Virus record (IMG/VR): IMGVR_UViG_3300008117_007749
Origin: a virus
DNA length: 64,000 bases
Reading direction: 5' to 3' (one strand)
Both the position numbers and the translations under genes were made by a program. The notes under the pieces are model-generated. The model was not told the DNA's origin. It worked only from the letters and a program-made list of their open reading frames with translations, and did no database searches. Within the stretch, counting starts at the first letter, position 1. The number at the start of each line of letters is the position of its first letter. Shown here piece after piece: positions 57,340-64,000 of the stretch.

Positions 57340-58350
57340 TTATGTTATTACTATATTTACTGGTGAATTATATCTAGTATTACTAACCCAAACCTCATAG
57401 TTAGTTATAAACCCAAAAGTGTTAGCTAACGGAGATGCGGTCCTTACATTAGTAAATGCTGTATTAATCATACCATTTACTGTAAAAACCGGGGTAGTTG
57501 ATTGTGATACAGTACTAGGCCAAGCAAATACTAAGTAATTACCACCACCATTAATATTATTATATGTTCTACTTTTATTTGTACTTAATATATTTCCAAA
57601 GGCTTGTCCATTTGCACCAGCACCGGTTAAATTTCTAATAGTAGAATCAATACAAACTGCGGTTACTAATGAAGAGGAACCTGGATTTGTGGTTAAATTG
57701 GGCTGCGAAGGAACTACAATATCTCCCCAATAAATTCGATTCATAAATGTCAATGACTGAGTAGAACTAGCACTTGATATTGCATCCGAGGCGGTCATAG
57801 AAAAATACTTTACCTCAGAAGGACCTACAGGTGACATACTATGAGTAGTAAAAATACCTGTAGCGACTCCAGATTGACTTAAACCAGTTGGAACAACCGG
57901 AGAACCATTAATTAGTATAGAAGTAATGTTGTTAGATCCACGCACCACATTCCAATTCAAAGAAACATTCATCGAAGACCCAAACTCCCTATCATTTAAA
58001 AGACCTATACCCGTAGAAGGTGAAACATAAGGATACAACATAGTATCAATAACATCCTGAACTGAACCAGAGAAAGTAGCTCCCGGTAAAATACCCCCAA
58101 TTGGAGAAGTTATAGTGGAGGGCGTTAATCCAATATAAGCAGAAGAAACAGTAAGACCACTGACAGACGAAGAAAACCCATCTAATCTAGCCCACAATGA
58201 ATAAATCGCATCACGGACATCACCCGCTCCAATTTCACCACCAGTATTATTCGGAATTTGAAGTAGCAATTCATCAACAGTAGAATATTGATAACTAAGA
58301 GTTATCGAAGCACTAGGACCCGGAACAGAATAAGTACCAACAAAAGCCAT
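57340..58350 (-). CDS. Ser/Thr-rich structural protein
   Basis: Late promoter upstream; beta-rich composition. Confidence 0.6.
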   Translation of the reverse strand: MAFVGTYSVPGPSASITLSYQYSTVDELLLQIPNNTGGEIGAGDVRDAIYSLWARLDGFSSSVSGLTVSSAYIGLTPSTITSPIGGILPGATFSGSVQDVIDTMLYPYVSPSTGIGLLNDREFGSSMNVSLNWNVVRGSNNITSILINGSPVVPTGLSQSGVATGIFTTHSMSPVGPSEVKYFSMTASDAISSASSTQSLTFMNRIYWGDIVVPSQPNLTTNPGSSSLVTAVCIDSTIRNLTGAGANGQAFGNILSTNKSRTYNNINGGGNYLVFAWPSTVSQSTTPVFTVNGMINTAFTNVRTASPLANTFGFITNYEVWVSNTRYNSPVNIVIT

Positions 58351-58452
58351 TTACAAAATATAGTTTTCTTTATATATTAAAAAAGAAAAATCTAATTATT
58401 CAAAAGCATTAAAAATAAAATTTATAGTAAGAGTATCATGATGTTTCATGAT

Positions 58453-59163
58453 TTAAGATAACCAGATGTAGTGACCTCTATTGAATCCATCATGTTGCCA
58501 CTCATCCCCTAAACAAACACTTATTAAATCACATAACTTATCTTTATTTAAAATTTCTGACAATTTTTCCTCTAATAAATCCTTTTTTACCAAATCATTA
58601 AATTTTATTTTGAGGTCATCAATTATGTCTATCTCTCTTTCAGACATTTCATCAACAATATGTTCTATTATATTATGTTTAATAACTTCAAATTCTTCTT
58701 CTGAGTAAATAATTATATTCCAATCGTCATTCTTCCAATCTTCAATCTTAAATTTGTGTTTATCCGAATCTATAACATCAATTGCGCTTAAATTAGTATC
58801 AAAATAATCAGCTAAAATTTTCTCCATTTCTATTCCAGCTTTATCTATACCCTTATAGAGACACTGCTTTAAATCTGATATTTTCCATTCGGTAGATTCT
58901 AATAAATTAAATGATTCAAATGTAATTACACCATCTGATTCCATATGTTTTCTATCTTCTATAATATCTTTAAGAATTCTATCAGAACCAGAAATATCTT
59001 TTAATTTATTTCTTTCTAAAAATTTATTAAATCTTTGACCACCTGGCTTAAGATAAGCACTTAATCTAGAAGGTCTAATTTTATGATTATCAATATAATC
59101 ATCCACCAAACCATTAATTAATTGATAGTATTTATTTGCGTCTTCTCTATTATTAATTGACAT
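58453..59163 (-). CDS. Hypothetical protein
   Basis: 236 aa ORF with internal ITFESF motif. Confidence 0.7.
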   Translation of the reverse strand: MSINNREDANKYYQLINGLVDDYIDNHKIRPSRLSAYLKPGGQRFNKFLERNKLKDISGSDRILKDIIEDRKHMESDGVITFESFNLLESTEWKISDLKQCLYKGIDKAGIEMEKILADYFDTNLSAIDVIDSDKHKFKIEDWKNDDWNIIIYSEEEFEVIKHNIIEHIVDEMSEREIDIIDDLKIKFNDLVKKDLLEEKLSEILNKDKLCDLISVCLGDEWQHDGFNRGHYIWLS

Positions 59164-59461
59164 TTCCTTTATTTAATTTATATAAATCTATAAAGTCATC
59201 TTCATCTTTAGCTCTCTCGGATTCTAAATCCTGAAAATCATCTTCTTCTAGTCTATCACCAACAGTTTCATACCACTCGTCTTTACTTAACTCCTCAATT
59301 TCGTTAGATTGGCAAAATTTACAATCATTGGATTCTTGATTAAGTTGTTTCCAAAGAGCATTACACTCATCACAATGATAATAAAGTGTTAAGTCAGCCT
59401 TTGATGCGACTGGTAGCGTTTGACTAAAATCAAAAGTTTCAAATTTCCTGATATACTTCAT
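59153..59461 (-). CDS. Zn-ribbon protein with MKYIRKFE N-terminus
   Basis: CDEC...CKFC. Confidence 0.7.
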   Translation of the reverse strand: MKYIRKFETFDFSQTLPVASKADLTLYYHCDECNALWKQLNQESNDCKFCQSNEIEELSKDEWYETVGDRLEEDDFQDLESERAKDEDDFIDLYKLNKGNVN

Positions 59462-59537
59462 ACTATCTATATATAAATTTTATTTTTATTATTTTTTCAT
59501 ATTGAATTTAGAGAATGATATATTAATATATAATTAC

Positions 59538-60440
59538 ATGAACTTAAAGCAATTAAAAGACTTTTATAATAAAAAACCTGTAGAATTTGTAATTAAAGAA
59601 CATTATGATTTGATAGAGAATCAAGAGTTTATTCCAAGATTTTCCTTAAAGAATGTAAAGGATATCAATAATATTCCAATTAATAAACCTATTAAATATT
59701 CAGATGATTTAATGTCAAAGGCGATAAAGTATGGAATGATCTTTTTAATTAACTATAAGGGAGAAGAAGACAAACATTTTGCAGGTCACGAAAGAGTAAT
59801 TTATCCAATGGTTTTAGGACGCTCATCAAAAGGCAAAACGTTACTAAGAGGATGGCATTTAAATGGATGGTCAGTATCTCAAAGAAGACATATAAATAAA
59901 ATTTGGAGACTTTTTAGAACAGATAGAATACTTTCTATGACCTTTACAGGTTCTTTTTATAGATTACCTCCTTCTGGATATAATATGAATGATAAGGGAA
60001 TGCGTGGTGGAATCATAACACGAGCTGACTTTAATGAGATTAGAAGAAACCAACAAAACTTAGTGAATCAAAATAAAATTCAAAATAGAGAAGAAGTGGA
60101 AATGGGAGCAGAGGAAAGAAAATTTGCTTCAATTGTTGTTAAAGAAACCGGAACTCAATTAGATTTGAAAAATGCCTTAGAAAACTCCTATATTAATAAC
60201 TTAAAAGATACAGAAGGACTGAGATTATCTTTTCTTAAAAGTGTATATGGAACTAAATATGTAGCGATTTTAGGAGCTCTCGGCCAACCAGGAAACACCG
60301 TAAAAGTTACTACAGATAAGAATCAAAATCTAGGAGTATTCAAAGTATTAGACTCAATAACAGGAAAAGTACTGAAAAGTATTAAAAATGTGAAGGGTAA
60401 TTCAGTATATGATCTTTACCTTTTTGATAAGAAAGTATAA
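59538..60440 (+). CDS. WYL-domain protein
   Basis: INYKG...ERVIYPMVLG...LLRGW...WRLFRTDRILSM; ATG 59538 follows TAATATATA. Confidence 0.7.
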   Translation: MNLKQLKDFYNKKPVEFVIKEHYDLIENQEFIPRFSLKNVKDINNIPINKPIKYSDDLMSKAIKYGMIFLINYKGEEDKHFAGHERVIYPMVLGRSSKGKTLLRGWHLNGWSVSQRRHINKIWRLFRTDRILSMTFTGSFYRLPPSGYNMNDKGMRGGIITRADFNEIRRNQQNLVNQNKIQNREEVEMGAEERKFASIVVKETGTQLDLKNALENSYINNLKDTEGLRLSFLKSVYGTKYVAILGALGQPGNTVKVTTDKNQNLGVFKVLDSITGKVLKSIKNVKGNSVYDLYLFDKKV

Positions 60441-60468
60441 ATTCATTTATAATTTTAATATATAAATC

Positions 60469-61623
60469 ATGTTAAAAAGATTTTCAAACTTTATAAGAGA
60501 AGAATTATGGATTGAAGACATGGATAAACCTTCAGTAGATACTCTAAAAAGAAATTTACTTTTTAGATTAAATGAGTATCGAACATTTATTCTATCAAAC
60601 ATCAATTATAATTTAACAACGAATAAAGTAGAGTATAAAGAATTCGAAACAATCGATATTAAAGTAATGATAAGAGAACTAACTAATGAATTTACAGAAG
60701 AAGTTGTTCAAGAATTAAACTTAGAAGCATTTTTAAGAAAATTAAATCAAATATTAGAACTTAAAAAAAGAAATACTAAAAGAAAAGTTAGAGAATCCTT
60801 TGATGACTACTACAAGTCAATAGAAGTAAGAATTGACCAATTACATCAGACAGGAAAAACTGAAGATCATTTTGACCAATTTGAAGGAGAAGGTTCAATT
60901 TTAGGAAGAAGACAATATGAATCTGAAAAATATCAATTACAGGTTGAACTATTAAAACTTCAAGAATGGGTTAAGGCAAACGGAAAAAAAGTAGCAATTG
61001 TATTTGAAGGTAGAGATGCCGCAGGTAAAGGATCAACTATTAAAAGATTTGTTGAATATTTGGATCCAAAAGGATTTAAAGTTGTAGCACTAGGTGTTCC
61101 AACTGATGAGGAAAAAAACAATTGGTTCCAAAGATATGAGACACACTTGCCTAATTCAGGAGAAATAGTTTTCTTTGATAGAAGTTGGTACAATAGAGCA
61201 GTTGTTGAACCAGCTATGGGATATTGCACAGAAGAACAATATCAAGACTTTATGGATAAAGTTATAGATTGGGAAGAAAAACAAATCAGAAATGGTTTGA
61301 TACTTATAAAATTCTGGTTCTCAATTACGCAAGATAAACAAATTAAAAGATTTGAATTAAGACAAAAATCACCACTTAAATATTGGAAGTTCTCTCCAAA
61401 CGACGCAAAAGTATTAGACAAATGGGAAGTTATTGGAAACTTTAAAAGACAGATGTTTCAACAAACTTCATCTAGATTGTCTCCTTGGGTTATTATTAAC
61501 TCAAATGATAAAAAGATTGGTAGGTTAAACGCTATGAGATATGTTATATCTAAAGTAGACTATTCTGATAAAAATCCAGAAATGAGTAAATACTACCCTG
61601 AAGTAGTTAATATTCTGATTTAA
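60469..61623 (+). CDS. ppk2: Polyphosphate kinase 2 with N-terminal extension
   Basis: LQVELLKLQ, FEGRDAAGKGSTIKR, FDRSWYNRA, LIKFWFSI, PLKYWKFSPND, PWVII. Confidence 0.93.
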   Translation: MLKRFSNFIREELWIEDMDKPSVDTLKRNLLFRLNEYRTFILSNINYNLTTNKVEYKEFETIDIKVMIRELTNEFTEEVVQELNLEAFLRKLNQILELKKRNTKRKVRESFDDYYKSIEVRIDQLHQTGKTEDHFDQFEGEGSILGRRQYESEKYQLQVELLKLQEWVKANGKKVAIVFEGRDAAGKGSTIKRFVEYLDPKGFKVVALGVPTDEEKNNWFQRYETHLPNSGEIVFFDRSWYNRAVVEPAMGYCTEEQYQDFMDKVIDWEEKQIRNGLILIKFWFSITQDKQIKRFELRQKSPLKYWKFSPNDAKVLDKWEVIGNFKRQMFQQTSSRLSPWVIINSNDKKIGRLNAMRYVISKVDYSDKNPEMSKYYPEVVNILI

Positions 61624-61656
61624 TAATATAATATATACAAAAAACAAAACAAAATT

Positions 61657-62388
61657 ATGAAAGTTATTCAAAAATTTGAAAGTTATATGTCTAGAGAAGA
61701 AATGTGTAGTGCTCTTTGCAGATGTGGATATACTATGAGCGAACTCGAAGAATGTTCAAATCAAGAACTTGAAGAAATGTGTAGAGCAACAGAGGAAGAA
61801 AACTATATAAATAATAACACTATGACTCAGGAGAAGAAAGGAGAAAAATGGATTAAAGACGCTATCAAAAATCCAGGATCTTTAAGAAAATCTATGGACA
61901 AAAAAGAAGGAGAAAAAATTTCAAAGAAAGAAATTGACTCCGAACTAGAGGCTCTAAAAGGAAAAGACAAAGATCCTAAGAAAAAAGGAGTACAAGGTCT
62001 TTCTAAAAATGATTTAGCAAAATACAGAAAATTAAATTTAGCAAAAACACTTAAAGGACTAAAAGAACACCAGAATACACAAAATTATATGTTTTTTGGA
62101 AATTTAAAAACAATTAAAAGATTAGTTGATGAGATGTTAGAAATGGATGAATCTGAAGTTGATGCTAAATTATCAAATGGTCACAACTGGGCATTAGATC
62201 ATATTGCAACATCTAAAGATGATATCGAGGAAGTATTCAATTTCTTAGCTGGTCACGATGTACCATCTGAAGACCAAGGACATCATCATTATGATGAACC
62301 ATCACACGAAGAGACCGAGAGTCATTTGGCTAATAAAGATTTAGAAGATGAAATGAAAAATATAAAAAGTTTTGGAAACTTTAAATAA
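61657..62388 (+). CDS. Hypothetical protein with MKVIQKFES N-terminus
   Basis: Contains KWIKDAIKNPGSLR...NLAKTL and NYMFF...GHNWALDHI segments. Confidence 0.7.
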   Translation: MKVIQKFESYMSREEMCSALCRCGYTMSELEECSNQELEEMCRATEEENYINNNTMTQEKKGEKWIKDAIKNPGSLRKSMDKKEGEKISKKEIDSELEALKGKDKDPKKKGVQGLSKNDLAKYRKLNLAKTLKGLKEHQNTQNYMFFGNLKTIKRLVDEMLEMDESEVDAKLSNGHNWALDHIATSKDDIEEVFNFLAGHDVPSEDQGHHHYDEPSHEETESHLANKDLEDEMKNIKSFGNFK

Positions 62389-62419
62389 AAAAAACCCAGT
62401 CAAAATGACTGGGTTTTTT
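62387..62419. terminator. Bidirectional intrinsic terminator
   Basis: AAAAAACCCAGTCA-aaa-TGACTGGGTTTTTT between convergent genes. Confidence 0.85.
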
Positions 62420-62422
62420 ATT

Positions 62423-63157
62423 TTAGAATAAATCTTTTTCATCTAAAAGAGTATAAGTAAATTTGTTTTTTGTTACAGTTTTAAACTTCTCACAAACATT
62501 CATAACTTCTTCTTTATGAAGCCAATGTGAAAATACCTGACAACCAGCAGACCACTTACCGATTTTTGCAGATGAACCAGCTTTATTAGATCCGTGAATA
62601 TTAATACCAAATAATCCAGTCTCAACTTTTGATTCATTCAACTGATAATTGTTATCCTTATTTGAATCTCTATAAACCGTAACTTTTCCGGTTTGAACCA
62701 AAGCTCTGTGGTCTGTTTTTTGTTGGTGAAATCCTAAAGACCAACAATCAACCCATTGATTTGGCTTAAGAATAGCTGTTCCTAATTTACTCATAGGGTT
62801 ATTTAGCCAATAAACACCCGGATTAGTTGTGTTGGGAAATATTTTAATAACTTCTTGACCAGCGACTTTACTATACTCAGCTAAAGCGAAATCGGTATTT
62901 TTACCAGCTACTCCATCCTCAGCTAACGTTTTCCCATTAGCACCTTTGAATCCATAAGAGTTAAGAAATTGTTGTTTACCTTTTAGGTCTAAATTATCAG
63001 CCATTTTGGGTATTTGATAAGCAAGACAAAAAAAGTCGTTAAATGAATCCGGAACATCTAATGTTGCTCTTACTCCGATTAAATTTGGTCTGTCGGTATA
63101 CCATTTGTAGCCCTTTTTTGATAGGACTGATTTTAATAAATCAATTGTTATGTTCAT
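62423..63157 (-). CDS. Putative endolysin (L,D-transpeptidase-like catalytic motif, inserted peptidoglycan-binding motif)
   Basis: GINIHG...WSAGCQV (Hx~14SxGC); AEDGVAGKNT resembles PG_binding DGxxGxxT. Confidence 0.7.
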   Translation of the reverse strand: MNITIDLLKSVLSKKGYKWYTDRPNLIGVRATLDVPDSFNDFFCLAYQIPKMADNLDLKGKQQFLNSYGFKGANGKTLAEDGVAGKNTDFALAEYSKVAGQEVIKIFPNTTNPGVYWLNNPMSKLGTAILKPNQWVDCWSLGFHQQKTDHRALVQTGKVTVYRDSNKDNNYQLNESKVETGLFGINIHGSNKAGSSAKIGKWSAGCQVFSHWLHKEEVMNVCEKFKTVTKNKFTYTLLDEKDLF

Positions 63158-63260
63158 AATAGTTATTCTTTTTTAGTATATATCAAAACAATTTTCTAAA
63201 TTTTTACTAAAATCATTATGAGATTTTTTCAGTCTCAATAAATATAATACTTTAGACAGT

Positions 63261-63677
63261 ATGGATAAGTTAGATAAATTTTTACATTTTTTTTTAGACA
63301 ACATTGATGACAAAAGAATCTCAGTATCAAAAAAAATGAAATATGGATTTAGATTCTACTACATAACTTTTGTAGTCGATGAAGATCCAATAAAAAAATC
63401 AACTCAGTTATATCAATATAGAGAAAATATGGAAGTTATATTTGATAATAGAAACGGATGTATAGAAATATTTGGAGGATACGAAAACCACCCTCTTATT
63501 GTTGAAGACAAAATACTTTTAGAAAAATGGTCTAAAATATTAGAAAGCGTTGTAAATGAAAATTTAGAAGAAAGAGTGGTTGATGTTTTTGAAAAAACAC
63601 TTAATGAGTGTTATAATAAAAATTTATATAGAGAATTACAAATGAAAAAAATATTTAAAGAAGATGAATCCGTATAA
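63261..63677 (+). CDS. Hypothetical protein
   Basis: 138 aa ORF. Confidence 0.65.
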   Translation: MDKLDKFLHFFLDNIDDKRISVSKKMKYGFRFYYITFVVDEDPIKKSTQLYQYRENMEVIFDNRNGCIEIFGGYENHPLIVEDKILLEKWSKILESVVNENLEERVVDVFEKTLNECYNKNLYRELQMKKIFKEDESV

Positions 63678-64000
63678 CCAAGATGAATTCGATAGGATTG
63701 GTAAAGTTAAAGAAACTAACGATAAATTAGAAGAGTTCTTTAATGACAAAAGATCCGAGTGGAACAAAAATGTAGAACCACTCTTTAAAATAATAAGAGT
63801 TGATTTAACCAATCCTTCCTCCGCGAAGGACATAATGGAAGCTCAATCATCGGCTCTGTCTTATAGACAAGCAATCAGCGAACAAATTAATTTCTTCTTA
63901 AATAAACGCAGTAAAGAAACAACTAAGATTAAGAGACTTAGACAAGATAAATTTATATTTTATGCAACAGGATTTGGTGTTAAAACAAACCTAGGAGAAA
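63664..64000 (+). CDS. Partial helical protein (MNPYNQDEFDRIGKV...), weakly reminiscent of UvsY; runs off the window end
   Basis: Open frame from ATG 63664 to the end, translated by hand; KRLRQDKFIFYATG loosely resembles the UvsY K..YYxG region. Confidence 0.5.
   Translation, partial: MNPYNQDEFDRIGKVKETNDKLEEFFNDKRSEWNKNVEPLFKIIRVDLTNPSSAKDIMEAQSSALSYRQAISEQINFFLNKRSKETTKIKRLRQDKFIFYATGFGVKTNLGE

Noticed and set aside
44725-58350. Diversity-generating retroelement or invertible fibre cassette
   Set aside because: No reverse transcriptase or recombinase in the window; no adenine-variant template/variable repeat pair seen by eye
1-64000. Alternative genetic code, or eukaryotic giant virus origin suggested by SET, GSII and RFC-like genes
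   Set aside because: Long conserved ORFs are intact in the standard code; sheath, portal, gp23, gp17, gp55 and tmRNA identify a tailed bacteriophage

Overview
64 kb of an AT-rich jumbo myophage genome, distantly T4-like, most likely infecting a Bacteroidota host (TTTG-N19-TAnnTTTG promoter, no Shine-Dalgarno sequences, Bacteroidota-type ClpS and DUF6576-like motifs). The window carries the virion core genes, scattered over both strands: tail sheath, large terminase, gp25-, gp15-, gp4- and gp2-like proteins, portal, a protease-scaffold fusion and the major capsid protein. It also carries a gp55-like late sigma factor and a clamp-loader subunit. Auxiliary genes include glutamine synthetase II, PPK2, RNase R, ClpS, a SET domain, NADAR, Dam, an M20/M28 peptidase, an NFACT-R protein, a WYL protein, a nucleotidyltransferase and an endolysin. 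A tmRNA (26540-26913, minus strand) lies in a gap of the ORF track. Three candidate systems stand out. (1) A TibC/Aah-like protein O-glycosyltransferase fused to an FkbM methyltransferase, with a bifunctional glycosyltransferase, abuts fibre genes containing long (Gly-Thr-Ser)n tracts, suggesting virion-fibre glycosylation. (2) A phage-borne ribosome-rescue set: tmRNA with an unusual 29-aa tag, NFACT-R, RNase R and ClpS. (3) A shared N-terminal MKxIKxFE motif on about a dozen unrelated late proteins, resembling a capsid-targeting signal. A recurrent TAATATATA late promoter often sits only 4-6 nt before the ATG. All assignments come from motif recognition by eye; no database searches were run.
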